A stretch of 64,000 bases of DNA from Octopus vulgaris (GCA_951406725.2 OX597818.1:37758001-37822000), one strand, 5' to 3'. Counted from the first letter of the stretch, positions 39,861 to 53,456 are shown. Numbers and translations are program-made. Notes: a model not told the origin generated them from the sequence alone.

Positions 39861-40548
39861 TAACTTGCTCCATCTTTTGTTGTTTACCCCCACCCCCTCC
39901 TCTTTTTTTCGTCTTTTTCTTTCCTTGTTGAAGTAATTCTGAGCGGGGGTTTTTTTCTCGATAATTTAACCTTTTATACTTTTAATTTTTTTTTCTTCCT
40001 GTAAAAACATGTGGCTAAATAAAATTGAATACACACACACACAAATATATATATTTGAGCTTCTTTCTTTCCTTTTGATCTGTCACACAGATCACACGCA
40101 TTCTTGTCTATCTCCTCTCCTATTTTTTTCTCAAGATGAGGACAAATATCCGTCGAATATAAATAATGTACATAATTCCTCATCTCTTAAATATAGAACT
40201 GAACGTAAAGGGAGTTTATAATATCCAAAAGTAACCAGAAACGTTCTCTGTGGTACAAACCTATTGTAGCTCAGGTTTCCGCCACTAGAAGCTACTTGAT
40301 GCGACCCTCAGTCTATCGATCGGCGTCGTACTGTCATGTGGTGCGTCTTTGTTTTGCAGTACTTCTCCCCTGTTCGTCGATTTTTGCGGTGGCTGAAACG
40401 AAGGAATAGCATGCTCTTATGAAATTCTGTTTTCTGCCGCAGAACTGCTTGAAACAGCTTGAAACAGCTTGTTCCTCCAGCGTTCGCCACCTCACCTTGT
40501 TATAGCTTAGCAGCCCTTACTGTTTTTGTTACCAAATTTGACCCTCTG

Positions 40549-40780
40549 CAAATCCCAAATTTTATTTTGCTTTGCAGGAGCAACTGTTTTCTCGAAGACA
40601 TATCTTGTCGTAATTGCTCGAAATGTGGAATAGATACACAGCCGACAATTGATGATGAGTCGTTCTTTATGTTACTTGTATTTAATATTTTTCTTTCGTT
40701 GTTCGCAAAAAATGTTCGTATTCCATATTTTCGTATTTTTTATTTCAAGTTGTTTACGTTTTATGATGTCCTGTACCCAT
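40549..40780 (+). mobile_element. Short non-coding dispersed element, diverged homologue of 59905-60158
   Basis: Shared aatcccaaattttatt..tttgctttgc.gga..actgttt...cgaaa...tgtcctgtaccc skeleton. Confidence 0.6.
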
Positions 40781-40803
40781 ATATACATATACCATCTCAC
40801 ACC

Positions 40804-40855
40804 GTCTCCGATGAAGGGATATAATTAATAAATATCCTAGAAACAGCTGTAAGAC
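40804..40855 (+). ncRNA. Type I minimal hammerhead ribozyme (U4C variant)
   Basis: gtct-CCGATGA-agggatat..atatcct-a-GAAAC-agct-GTA-agac; stem I gtct/agac. Confidence 0.65.
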
Positions 40856-40968
40856 CTTCTATCTATAAATGTTCTAGTATCTACACAGCCTTGATTTTTT
40901 ATCACATTACGCAAAAAATCCTTATATATATATACATATATATGTATGTACATATATATATGTATATA

Positions 40969-41019
<51 letters not shown>

Positions 41020-41024
41020 ATTTC

Positions 41025-41066
<42 letters not shown>

Positions 41067-41076
41067 GTATTGTATG

Positions 41077-41116
<40 letters not shown>

Positions 41117-41258
41117 CACATTGAATGAAAAAAGTTAAAAGCTGATGTGGGACTCGATCCCACATCTTCTGTAATCATAGCAATAGTTTACATGTTATTT
41201 CTTACAACTTTGTCAACTTCGATACCGTTAAAAACTATTTATTTCATATCTCTTAAAG

Positions 41259-41293
41259 ATTCTGGTGATGTAAACAACATACAGTTCTTGCTG
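41259..41293 (+). CDS. Candidate micro-exon, VWA-like protein
   Basis: tctcttaaag|(D)SGDVNNIQFLL|gtaaga; ends in phase 0. Confidence 0.4.
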
Positions 41294-41498
41294 GTAAGAA
41301 CAAAGTTTCTAAAATTGGTGGAGATATTGCCATGGCAAAATTGTTAAACGCCCGTCATGTTTACAGTTATGGGTTCGGATCCCACGGGCAGCCTTCGACT
41401 CTCTCCAACCCAGGGTTTTTTAACCAATTATTTAAAAGCTATCATTTATAGCCTTATCTCTTTCGAGTTCCAACGTTAAAAGTTTTATAGAAAAAAGT

Positions 41499-41536
<38 letters not shown>

Positions 41537-42305
41537 AGGGAGATAGACAGCGAGCGAACATATGTCGATATTTATATGTGTCTGTGTATGAATTGTATAT
41601 GGTGTTTGGATACAAGATGAGATGGTAGATAAGAAATTGGAAAAGAATTTTAAGTTCCTGCTGTTTTCATTTCTTTTCTTTTCCTTTCTTTTTCGTTTCA
41701 AAGTAGACGTTTTCAGCCCAATTTCAAATCACTTACAAGTTATTTTGCTTTCAATCTTGGAAACGTACCAAAAGTTCTAGACACCGTTCTGTTTTATTTC
41801 TCATGTTAAGAAATTATACACACTGTAAAATGTACTAAGACATCTAAGTACAGACCTATAAGTGGAAAGTGTCCACGTTGTAGAGTTAACAAAAAAAACC
41901 CAAAGTTTGTTAGCCTTTCCGTGGGCCTGGGCGCAACTTTGTTAGATTATTAATAATCTTGTAGTTGCGCCAAACTTAACACCTCAAGTCTTTACTAATG
42001 TTAAAATTACTCTACTACCCGTTTTACGGCCTTGTAACGAAGGCAAATGACCGCAAGGAAGATTACCTTCACCGAAAAGACTGCACAGAATGCATAGATT
42101 GCACGTTATTTCTGAAAAATTCAATAAAGTTCTGTATTGAAATACTCGGCAGCTTTTAGTTTCAGTTACAGTGATCTGATACTCTCGATGACTTTGCTGT
42201 TAAAGAAAAAAAGTATAGAAAAATAATTTCATACGATCATTAATATTAATAATTTAATACACTTCAGTCTCATAAACATAACACTTCGTTGATTTGTTAC
42301 ACGGG

Positions 42306-42337
<32 letters not shown>

Positions 42338-42369
42338 TGCTCAAACACAAACTTGTATACACATACGCG

Positions 42370-42431
<62 letters not shown>

Positions 42432-42457
42432 TGGATGGATGGATGGATGGATGGATG

Positions 42458-42541
<84 letters not shown>

Positions 42542-42555
42542 TTTCCTAACGTCAG

Positions 42556-42717
42556 GATCTAACGAAGGACTTATTTAAACAATCACCAGATGAGGTTCAT
42601 TTTACACTTTGGATGTATGATGATTGCACAATATCTCGCGATGTACTACAATTATCTAAAATTGTGTCAAAACATGATGTATATGCAAGATCAATTGTAG
42701 CCGAGTCTGTGGTATAA
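42556..42717 (+). CDS. Candidate exon, VWA-like protein
   Basis: cctaacgtcag|DLTKDLFKQSPDEVHFTLWMYDDCTISRD...VV*; in phase with 41259-41293; resembles VWA helix 1/strand B spacing. Confidence 0.4.
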   Translation, partial: DLTKDLFKQSPDEVHFTLWMYDDCTISRDVLQLSKIVSKHDVYARSIVAESVV

Positions 42718-43483
42718 TTCCGACTCTAGGATGAGACCATTTCTCACTTACATCCCCGTACATCTCTGATTATTTTGGTAAGATATGAATATCATTTCTC
42801 ATTTCTCAAGTATTTATATCCTAGATCTTTAACCTCTACCTTTTGTCGCTGTTAGTTTCTTGAAAAAGATATTATTTATTTGGATACCTCACCCTAAAAG
42901 TACAGTGCTGCTTTACCTTTTTTTCAATGCATACACAAAAATTTAGAACAAAGTATTTCCTCCCTTACTCGATTCAATATTGTTATTAATGTACCACTAG
43001 CCCTGGGTTCATTCTGGGTTCTAACTCCCTATAAACATTTCTTTCTTTTTCTTTAACATTCCCTCTAAAGTATATTTTCACCGCATCTGTCATTGTTAAA
43101 TAAAATCAATAGAGTCTCATATATTAAAGTATCGAGTGTCGAAATCATGAAGACAAACAATTGGCAGCTAATGAGTGAAATTCCCTTTTTACATAAAATG
43201 TGTCTTTGTTGTTTCTTTAATAGTTCTGCTCATTATCACAGTCGTGTTTGATTTGTACCAACCATAAGATAATGTAGGTTCATATGTAGGCACGTGAGTG
43301 CGAGCGCAAACGCACATATACACACTCACACATACACACACTCACACACACACACACACATACACACAAACACACACTCACACACGCACGCGCGTATGTA
43401 TGTACATATGTATAGTGATTCTATATATGTGTGTGTGTGTGTATACACACACACGCACGCACACACACACACACACACACACA

Positions 43484-44736
43484 CGAGTGTCAACTGAAAA
43501 GTTCATAGGCTGACCAGGATACTCTCATGGAATGTGACCAAATGAGGTCTATTTTTCAATATAATCCCTCTTGCAGCTGATATAATTCTCCCATCGATAC
43601 TGCAGGGCTTGGATCCCGTTGGTGTAGAAGCTTTCGCCCTGTTGCTCAAACGTCATCAACAGCAGGTATGACGTCATCATCACTGAGATACTGGTCCTCA
43701 GCCAGGTGTATTTTCATGATGGGGAAGAGCTGATTTTCAGATGGAATCAAATCAGGAGAATAGGGAGGGTGATCACCCAGTTCAAAGCCACTGAAACCAA
43801 CAAGTTGTGTGCTGGATTATTGACTTCAGGAAAGAAGACTACGTTCATCAATTTTCCTGTACGTTTGCTCTTGGTGGCCTTTTGTAACTGACTCAGCAAG
43901 TTTGCATAGTCTTCTCCATTGATGGTGTGGCTCTTTTGAAGACAGTCAATAAACACAATAATACCTTTTGCGTCCCAAAAAGGTGAGGCCATCACCTTCC
44001 CTATAGATGGAACAAACATGGCCTCCTTTGGAGAAGATGAGGAGAGGAGATTCCATTGCATGGATTATCTTTTTGTCTCTGGTTCAAAGTAGTGAACCCA
44101 ACACTCACTCCGAGTTAGGAAACGTTCAAGGAAATCAGCTGGATCTGCCTCAAACAATGTCAGGTTTTCTCATGATGAGATCAGCCTGGTGAACTTTTGA
44201 TCAGGTGTCAGAAGACGTGTCGCCCACCGAGCAGAAACCTTCGCTATGCCAAGTTAATTGTGCAGAATTTTCTCAACTCTGTCATGGGGCATGGCTATTT
44301 GATTTTCCTGTCATCTATCACCATCTAGTGAACACTACCACTGTTTTCCTTGGTAGTGGCAGCTGCAAGACGTCCAGACCTTCGGCCATCTTCAAGACTT
44401 TGTTTCCCTCCTAAATTCAGCAGCTCACTTTTGCATTGTTGATAAAGCTGGAGCGTCATCTCCTCTAGGAGAAAACATGTTAGCATGAATGTCCTTGGGG
44501 ACTACACCGATTTTTTGCAGGTACTTGATAACACAACGGTGTCAAATTTTGTCGATTTTCAAAAGAAGTCGCCACTAGTTACTTTTGAAGCCTTCGTTGA
44601 ACAATCAGATTGTCAGTTTACATAGAAAGAAAGAGTGCAGTTAATAAGATGAGTTGAAACTACTGTATATAAGATTTCACAGCTCTACCATCACCCCTTC
44701 ATAGTCAGCCTATGAACTTTGTAGCCCACCCTCTTG
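43484..44736 (-). mobile_element. Near full-length decayed mariner transposon
   Basis: VPSIGKVMASPFWDAKGI..TINGEDYANLL..NNPAH. TIRs aaagttcataggctgac / gtcagcctatgaacttt. ~1.25 kb, inside (CA)n/(TG)n. Confidence 0.9.
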
Positions 44737-44784
44737 TGTGTGTGTGTGTGTGCGTGCGTGTGTACGTGTGTGTATGTGTGTGCC

Positions 44785-44815
<31 letters not shown>

Positions 44816-44921
44816 ATGTATGTATGTATGTATATATGTATATATAAATATAAATATATATATATACGTGTATAAACACACATATACATATATATGTGTG
44901 TGTGCGTGTGTAAATATATAT

Positions 44922-44978
<57 letters not shown>

Positions 44979-45279
44979 GTAAATATATATATATATATAT
45001 ATATATTTACATATACATACATATAAATACATAGACACACACGCACGCACACACAACACACACACACAGAAACATACAGAGGCACACGCATGCACACAAA
45101 CTCAGTATATATGTGTTAAGTACTCTTATAAAATGCATAAATATGATCTTTGGATAAATTGCTTATGTTTTTCTTTGACTTTATCAAGGGGAAGCAATTT
45201 AGCTGAGTGATGGAAGCTATCCATTATCCATTCTTATTACCATAAGTAGAGAACACATCACTCACAGAAACGACGTTTA

Positions 45280-45661
45280 TGATGATGATGATAATGAGTA
45301 TGATGAGGTAGAAGAGGAGGAGGAGGAGGATAGTTTGGTGGTGGTGGTGGTGGTGGCGGTGAAGGTGGCGACTGCGGGGGCTATGACGACAATGACGACA
45401 AAGATGGTGGTGGTGGTGGTGGTGGTGGTGGTGGTGGTGGTGGTGGTGGTAGTGGTGGTGGTGGTAGTTGTGGTGGTGGTGGTGGTGGAGGTGGTGGTGG
45501 TGGTGGTGGTGGTGGTGGTGGTGGTGGTGGTGGTGGTGGTGGTAAGGATTGGTTGAGGAAGTAGCGGTGGCGGTTGCTTATTTTTCTTGGCATCAGCAAA
45601 ACTGGTTAGATTCTGAGATTTCTGTCGCCGAATTTTCTGTAATAAATACAGAAATAATAAC

Positions 45662-45729
<68 letters not shown>

Positions 45730-45731
45730 TA

Positions 45732-45768
<37 letters not shown>

Positions 45769-45796
45769 TAATAAAAATAAAAATGATAATAATAAC

Positions 45797-45849
<53 letters not shown>

Positions 45850-45940
45850 TAATAATAATAATAGTAATAATAACAAGAACAACAAGAACAACAACAACAA
45901 CAACAACAACAATAATAATAATAATAATAATAATAATAAT
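45280..45940. repeat. (GGT)n and (AAT)n/(AAC)n microsatellites
   Basis: Direct reading. Confidence 0.95.
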
Positions 45941-47220
45941 TTCATTTATTTTCCACAAAGGCGAAGGATGAGGAGGGACAATACACAGACAGACATAAAG
46001 TGTGGGGCTTTACATATAATGACATATACATAGTATACAAAAGATCTTTTTAAAAAAGTAGCGGGGTATGATAGAGATGTGGCCCTCCTTATGCAGGAGA
46101 ACCCCTATGGATTATCGAGGAACCCCACAGTCAGAGATTTCTTTGAACACCAGGAGCAAGTGCCCTCTCCAATTCCTTCTTATTTCTTTATTGCCCACAA
46201 GGGGCTAAACAAAGAGGGGACAAGCAAGAACAGACAAACGGATTAAATCGATTACATCGACCCCAGTGCGTAACTGGTACCTAATTTATCGACCCCGAAA
46301 GGATGAAAGGCAAATTCGACCTCGGCGGAATTTGAACCCAGAAAGTAGCGGCAAATGAAATACCCATTTCTTTACTACCCACAAGGGGCTAAACACAGAG
46401 AAGACAAACAACAACAGACAAACGGATTAAGTCGATTATATCGACCCCAGTGCGTAACTAGTACTTTATTTATTGACCCCGAAAGGATGAAAGGCAAAGT
46501 CGACCTCGTAGGAATTTGAACTCAGAGCGTAGCGGCAGACGAAATACCACGAAGCGTTTCGTCGTGCGTGCTAACGTTTCTACCAGCTCGCCGCCCTCCC
46601 CAATTTCCTCTCTCCGGCTTACAGGTCTACACCACTCTTGCCATTTCGCAACTTTCACCCACCTTTCAATAGACTCACTCGAGGTTAGCACTTCCCTCTC
46701 CACTCACGGTTTCCTTTTCAAGTGAAATTTGAAGAAGTCAATGAGAGCTCTTCCAAAAGAGGAATGTATCTGTCCTGATGCCCTTCAGCTTTGTCCACGA
46801 AACGGCCCCTTTCATCACAGCCACTAGACAAAAGAAAACTGCCTAGAATACCCGATTGAAGGCGAGCAGCAGGGCAATCATCACTAGAGATTCGGCCGAT
46901 AGACGGATCCGTCCCATACGTGACAGCAGCTGTTCGACATAAACCCGCAAGTCAGTAATGCCCGGCCACAGAACGAGTGAGGTGCAGAACGGTTTCGTCA
47001 CTCTGTGCTCACCTCGAGCAAGTCCGTCTGACAGCACATCCGTGCCTGCAGAGTTTATCTCGAACCGGAGCGCCCCCAGTAGCACTGCCAGACCAAGGAC
47101 ATCTAGAAATTATCTATGATAGTTCCCGACCGGAATGTCCTCTGGAACAGACTAGCCAGTTCGTTTTCGTCGGCACCCAGGGTATCTCCGAGAACATCGT
47201 AGCACTCTCCCGCCACTAAT
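45940..47220 (-). mobile_element. 5'-truncated Tx1/L1-group LINE with nested SINE B dimer (46181-46595, -)
   Basis: DNF..SLVWQCY..PVRDKLCRHG..SDETVLH; YVEQLLSR; IDFFKFHLKRK..ERWVKVAK; SINE TSD ~ct.ccaatt(t)cct. Confidence 0.8.
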
Positions 47221-47994
47221 CCACTATAAATAATAACAATGAGGAAAGAAGAAAAAATGTTTCCAGTCATGTTTTTATCTCTCTAGATATTTCACAAAGA
47301 ATTCGGGTGGACAATTGTAATGCAAATTCTATGGCCATTATATTGAATATTGGTTGTGGAAGTGATGTATAATGAGCGGCGATACAATAAGGAGGACGAA
47401 TCAGCTGCTACCTGGTGTCTCGATCTGCTAGAAATAGCAGACAAATTACTCTCAAATAATACCCTACTGTCTTAGAAGGACACGATGAATAAGGTGGTCC
47501 TGGGTTTTACAGTAGAAAGGAAAGAGACAGGATAGTTACGGCTGGAATGGTTTTGCTCATCGGTCTGATCGGTCAGTGGCTGACTTGGAATTAAGCAGTA
47601 ACAAGGAAAAATGATATTGACGACGGCGACGACGATGACGAAGATGACAACGATGATGATGAGGATGAAGACAGCGATGTAGATGGAGGTAGCATTGCAG
47701 AAGCGGGTGGGGGCTAATAACGGCGATAAACAAACTGAAAGTGATGATCGGGAAGTGGAGGAGAATGTGGTGGTGATGGTGGCGGTGGTGGTGGGGGGTT
47801 GATGATTATCTTGATGACGAGGATAAGAAGGTGTGTAGGAGGAGGAATGCAGGTGGAGGAGGATGACAATTATGGTAATTATGATGATAACGATGATAAT
47901 GACAATGATGAATGCGAGGGTGGGAAGCATGGCCGATTGCTTTTCTGATGGTGATGGTAACGTAGTTGGAAGAATATTTCGAATAAGACGGTGG

Positions 47995-48107
47995 CTATGG
48001 CGACGACAATACGAACGGCGATGATGATGCCGATGACGACGACGACGACGATGATGATGATGACGACGACGACGATGACGATGATGATGATGATGACGAC
48101 GACGACA

Positions 48108-48139
<32 letters not shown>

Positions 48140-48202
48140 ACCGATGACGACGACAATGATGATGATGATGATGATGATGACGACGACGATGACGATGATG
48201 AC

Positions 48203-48242
<40 letters not shown>

Positions 48243-48257
48243 CCGATGACGACGACA

Positions 48258-48300
<43 letters not shown>

Positions 48301-48392
48301 CGACGACGATGATGATGATGATGATGACGATGATGATGATGATGATGATGATGATGCCGATGCCGATGACGACGACGACGACGATGATGATG
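47995..48392. repeat. (GAT/GAC)n microsatellite
   Basis: Direct reading. Confidence 0.95.
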
Positions 48393-48605
48393 GTGGAGGG
48401 GGTAGGGGTGTCCCGGTGCTGATAGTTGGTGGAGTGCGGTGGTGTCTTGAAGGTAGCGATGACGATGAGGAGGAAGATGTTGAGAAAGGTTGTGGTGGTG
48501 ATGGTGGTGATTGAAAAGAAGAAGGAAGAAGAAGAAAATGGAAAAGGAAGAGAAGAGGGTGGGGGTAGGTTGAAATATAAGTAGGCGTTAGGGTTGTTGT
48601 ATGGC

Positions 48606-48703
48606 GTTGATGAGTCTACAGTATTTATATGTCTGTACGATAAATGTTAACTGGCGGTTAAGAAAGAATGAGGAAATATCTTCACGTTGCTCGCTGCTAT
48701 GTT
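48606..48703 (+). repeat. 98-bp unique segment with an inverted copy at 51692-51789
   Basis: Reverse-complement match with one visible mismatch. Confidence 0.9.
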
Positions 48704-48960
48704 AACCATAATAAAGGTATGTTGTTAGTTAAGTGAGTGTAAGAATATTTGATGTTTTCAACATCAAAATACCAAAGGTCGGATGCAGGAGGCATAGCCG
48801 TGTGTTTAAGATGGGTACAAATATAGCTGTTGCATGGTCAAGAATTTCGCTTCGCAACTTCATCGTTTTGTGTTCGCTCCCACTGCACGGTACCTTGGGC
48901 AAGGGATTTCTACCTGTCTACCGTATCCACGACCAAAGACTTTTGAATAAAAATTTGGGA

Positions 48961-49543
48961 GGCGCAGGAGTGGCTGTGTGGTAAATAGCTTGCTTACCAA
49001 CCACATGGTTCCGAGTTCAGTCCCACTGCGTTGCACTTTGGGCAAGTGTCTTCTGCTATAGCCTCGGACCGTCCAAAGCCTTGTGAGTGGATTTGGTAGA
49101 CGGAAACTGAAAGAAGCTCGTCGTATATAAATATGGTGAGCTGGCAGAAACGTTAGCGCGCCGGGCGTAATTCTTAGCGGTATTTCGTCTGTCGCTACGT
49201 TCTGAGTTCAAATTCCGCCGAGGTCGACCTTGCCTTTCATCCTATCGGGGTCGATTAAATAAGTACCAGTTAGGCACTGGGGTCGATATAATCGACTTAA
49301 TCCGTTTGTCTATCCTTGTTTGTCCCCTCTGTGTGTAGCCCCTTATGGGTAGTAAAGAAATAGGTATTTCGTCTGCCATTACATTCTGAGTTCAAATTCC
49401 GCCGAGGTCGACTTTGCCTTTCATCCTTTCGGGGTCGAGAAATAAAGTACCAGTTACGCACTGGGGTCGATGTAATCGACTTCATCCGTTTGTCAGTCCT
49501 TGTTTGTCCCTTCTATGTTTAGCCCCTTGTGGGCAATAAAGAA

Positions 49544-49574
<31 letters not shown>

Positions 49575-49742
49575 TGTGTGTGTGTGTGTGTGTATATGTT
49601 TGTGCGTTTGTGTTTGTCCCCACCAACATCGCTTGACAACCGATGCTGGTGTGTTTACGTCCCCGTAATTTAGCGGTTCGGCCAAAAAAGGCGGTGCTCC
49701 AGCATGGCCGCAGTCAAATGACTAAAACAAGTAAGAGAGTAA
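48961..49742 (+). mobile_element. SINE A with a SINE B dimer (49134-49545) nested in its internal microsatellite
   Basis: SINE A 5' half ends at ~49124; its 3' half resumes at ~49595. Confidence 0.85.
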
Positions 49743-50104
49743 GCAGAAACAGTGCTGAAGTTTCTCAGAGGAACCGTTCTAATACTTGACTTAAGTAGAC
49801 TTAAGTCGCCACCCTGTTAAACAATGCTATTAATGGCCATTTAACAGTGGCCATTCTGTAGCAAGTTTTCGGCTCAGGTTTCTGCTCTGAGAATAATCTT
49901 CCTACGTGTCTCAGAAGCCCCGAAAAGAGTTATGGCAACGTTCCTTCCTTCTCTGATTAATCTAGTTACAAACAAGAAAATAAAAAGAAAAAAAACGAAA
50001 TCGCTCTGCAATCAAGTGGGTTTGACTTCGATATCAGTACATTAATGAATTCTAAGTTAAGTGGCTGAAAATATATTTGACTGTTAGTACATCAAAATGG
50101 GGAA

Positions 50105-50474
50105 TGGAAGCACTCCGTCGGTTACGACGATGAGGGTTACGGTTGATCCGAATCAACGGAACAGCCTGCTCGTGAAATTAACGTGTAAGTGGCTGAGCAC
50201 TCCACAGACACGTGTACCCTTAACGTAGTTCTCGGGGATATTCAGCGTGACACAGAGAGTGACAAGGCCTGCCCTTTGAAATATAGGTACAACAGAAACA
50301 GGAAGTAAGAGTGAGAGAAAGTGAGAGAAAGGGATCACCACCATCTCCTGCCGGAACCTCGTGGAGCTTTAGGTGTTTTCGCTCAATAAACATTCACAAC
50401 GCCCGGTCTGGGAATCGAAACCGCGATCCTATGACCGCGAGTCCGCTGCCCTAACCACTGGGCCATTGCGCCTC
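50105..50474 (-). mobile_element. SINE family C (younger subfamily)
   Basis: Near-identical to 23187-23570. Confidence 0.9.
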
Positions 50475-50742
50475 AAAATACCTTATTAAGATCACATATG
50501 CGGCAAAAAAAGCGCTGACAGTCGTGTGGATAAGAAGTTAGTTTCGCAATGATATGGTTCTAAATCCGGTACCAAAATGCAACATCTGGGGTTGATACAA
50601 GTCTTGTGAATCAAATTTGGTAGATGGAAGTTATATTTCGGATAAACAACATCAACTGTTTGATGAACTATGTTTGTTCTTTGGGTGATAAGCAGAAGTC
50701 GTTCTATAGCAAACATTCAGATAAGATTTCTAGTCAGTGGAT

Positions 50743-51141
50743 ACTCTCTTTACTCTTTTACTCTTTTACTTACTTCAGTCATTTGACTGCGGTCATGCTG
50801 GAGCACCGCCTTTAGTCGAGCAAATCGACCTCAGGGCTTATTCTTTGTAAGTCTAGTACTTATTCTATCGGTTCTCTTTTGCTGAACCGCCAAGTTACGG
50901 GGACGTAAACACACTAGCATCGGTTGTCAAGCGATGTTGGGGGGACAAACACAGACACACAAACACACACACACACACGACAGGCTTCTTTCAGTTTCTG
51001 TCTACCAAATCCACTCACAAGGCTTTGGTCGACCCGAGGCTATAGTAGAAGTCACTTGCCTAAGTTGCCGCGCAGTGGTAATGAACCCGGAACCATGTGA
51101 TTGGTAAGCAAGCTACTTACCACATAGCCACTCCTACGCCT
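50743..51141 (-). mobile_element. SINE family A, full length
   Basis: Family consensus with internal (CA)n. Confidence 0.9.
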
Positions 51142-51691
51142 ATAACCTATAATTTTTTTCCTTTCTAGTCTCAGATGCTTTACTAAACATCAAAAGTAAA
51201 TATTAGTTGATAGTCTTTTTCTATAGAGACAAATCCACAAACTCAAACTCGAAAATCGTCCGTTTACTAGTATGGCACCTTCTTTTGTTGATGCTGGAGA
51301 GTTAAAAGACAAAGTCGACCACAAAAGCTAAAAAGTTATATCTAAATACTATTCATGTCAATCGATCAGCCTAAGACAATAATTTATAACATTGATATAC
51401 GTCTAAAGATGTTAGGGTGTTGGCACAATCGATTAAATGCTAGAACTTATTTTATTGGTTCTGAAAGGATGAAAGGGAAAATCGACCACAGCATAATTTT
51501 CACTCTACTGTTTTTTCCAATGTTCTGATTCCTACTTTAGACATAAGGCCACATATTTTAGGGATGGATATCGCCATTTTAGTAAACCCCATTATTTAAC
51601 TGATATTTATTTGATCATTTTATTGAGAAAAAAAGAGAGAAATGAGGGATCGCAAAATCAACTGCTGTACTGTTTAAATTCAACATAAATC

Positions 51692-51789
51692 AACATAGCA
51701 GCGAGCAACGTGAAGATATTTCCTCATTCTTTCTTAACCGTCAGTTAACATTTATCGTACAGACATATAAATACTGTAGACTCATCAAC
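51692..51789 (-). repeat. Inverted copy of 48606-48703
   Basis: Bracketed by the direct repeat tcaacataaat (51680-51690 and 51785-51795). Confidence 0.9.
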
Positions 51790-52169
51790 ATAAATACCAC
51801 ATGACACTTTATCTTGTGTACAACCGGTTCGGCATTCTCCCTGAGGTCCTAGCAATCCACTGCCCCAAGACTAGTCTAACGATGGACTTAGACTGATCCG
51901 AAGCCACAAACTTCAGAGATGGGGTACATTTGATGCAATCCGTTGAATTACTATAGACATAAGAAGGATTTCAATTCCAAACGGTGAATTTGAACTCAGA
52001 ACATAACTAAATATCGCAAGCCATCGTGATCCCTCATTGCTCTGCCGTTTCGGTTAATCCACCATGTATTAATTGTTTATAAAATTGGCAGGAACCTGAA
52101 ATTTAGAGGGAGATGTAATTCAATCAAATCGATTCCAGTCCTTGTGCTTAAGTAAGAAATCGGTTTTAA

Positions 52170-52630
52170 TATTGGTTTCAAATTTTGGCACCAGGCCAGC
52201 AAGCTCAGGGGGAGGGGCAAGTCGATTACATCAATCCCAGTGCGACTCCGAAAGGGTGAAAGACAAAGTCGACCCCGGCAGTATTTGATCCCAAAATGTA
52301 AAGACGGACGAGATTTAGCATTTTGCCCAATCGTAAGCATGCTGGATAAAATGCTGAACGCTATTTTCGCCCGGCGTGCTAACGTTTCTGCCAGCTCGCC
52401 GTCTTCATTTGAAACAATATTAACACCAAAAAAGACGAGTGAATCGAAAGAATTGTCAGAACGTCGGAAAAAATGTGTTTTGCACATTAAGTTCCACGTT
52501 CTGAGTTTAAATTCCGCCGAGATCAACGTTGCGTTTCATCCTCATGCATTCAATAAAATCAAGTACTTGCCAAGTATTGGGATCAACGGCATCGATTATC
52601 CCCTTTCCTGAAAATTATTGGCCTTGTGCT
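52170..52630. mobile_element. Diverged SINE B copies, head-to-head
   Basis: - copy ~52170-52403 and + copy ~52440-52630. Confidence 0.7.
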
Positions 52631-52947
52631 AAAACCAGGTGTTTTGGTGTTAAAACACCAAAACACCTATACGATCTGGGTTCTAATCTTTGCCTGTCAT
52701 ACCTCCACAATTGATAAAATAAGATCAACTATGCACCTCTCCTAAAAACAATAAAATAGTCATAAGTTTATGCAGAATATCAACATCATTGTTATGTACT
52801 TTAAATGCTAAAAACGTAGGTTTAATTATTCCTAATGTGTTCAACATTGAATATAACCACAATAAGGTTAAATGTGGTGATTAAGAAATTATATATTAGG
52901 GCATAGCTAATATCATTTGGAGGACAGGTGAGCAATCAAAGGAGACA

Positions 52948-52985
52948 ACTCCAAACGTGTCTACCTTATTAGGCTTCATCAGGAG
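52948..52985 (-). ncRNA. Degenerate hammerhead motif
   Basis: Minus strand ctc-CTGATGA-agcct aata aggt-a-GACACGTT-tggag (GAAAC mutated). Confidence 0.35.
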
Positions 52986-53425
52986 AGGTGTAATCCTTGG
53001 CATTACTCTTTAGCAATGTAGCAGTGAGTTTGTTATATAAAATGTTTGTTTAAAAAATATCGTGTGGCATCAAGAAATGAGAATATATATATATGTTCTT
53101 TCCCTCTCTCCTTCCCCCTCTTGCTGCACATACATACATGCATACATACATGTATACATACATACATACATACATACATAAGCGTGTCTTATATATACAT
53201 AACCGTTGTGAGTGCTGACAGATTAAATACAATATGATATTTAGTTACGCCCCTTCATGTTTTGAACTTAAGTCGACTTTATCTTTCATCCTTCTGGAGT
53301 TGGAGTTGATAAAATAATTACTAGTAGTGGGATTGACTGAACCAAGTAAATCCCTCCCAAAACATGTTTGGCCTTGTACCAAAGAATAAATTCTCTCTCC
53401 CAACACACGCGCGCACACACATACA

Positions 53426-53456
<31 letters not shown>

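Noticed and set aside
45277-48422. Poly-L, I, T, P and M ORFs, including Met-rich 47991..48422 (superficially reflectin-like)
   Set aside because: Pure trinucleotide repeats; no reflectin-type MD-repeat motif or Tyr/Arg content.
48606-51789. 3.2-kb DNA transposon with 98-bp TIRs
   Set aside because: No TSD outside the pair and no transposase; the direct repeat brackets only the right copy.
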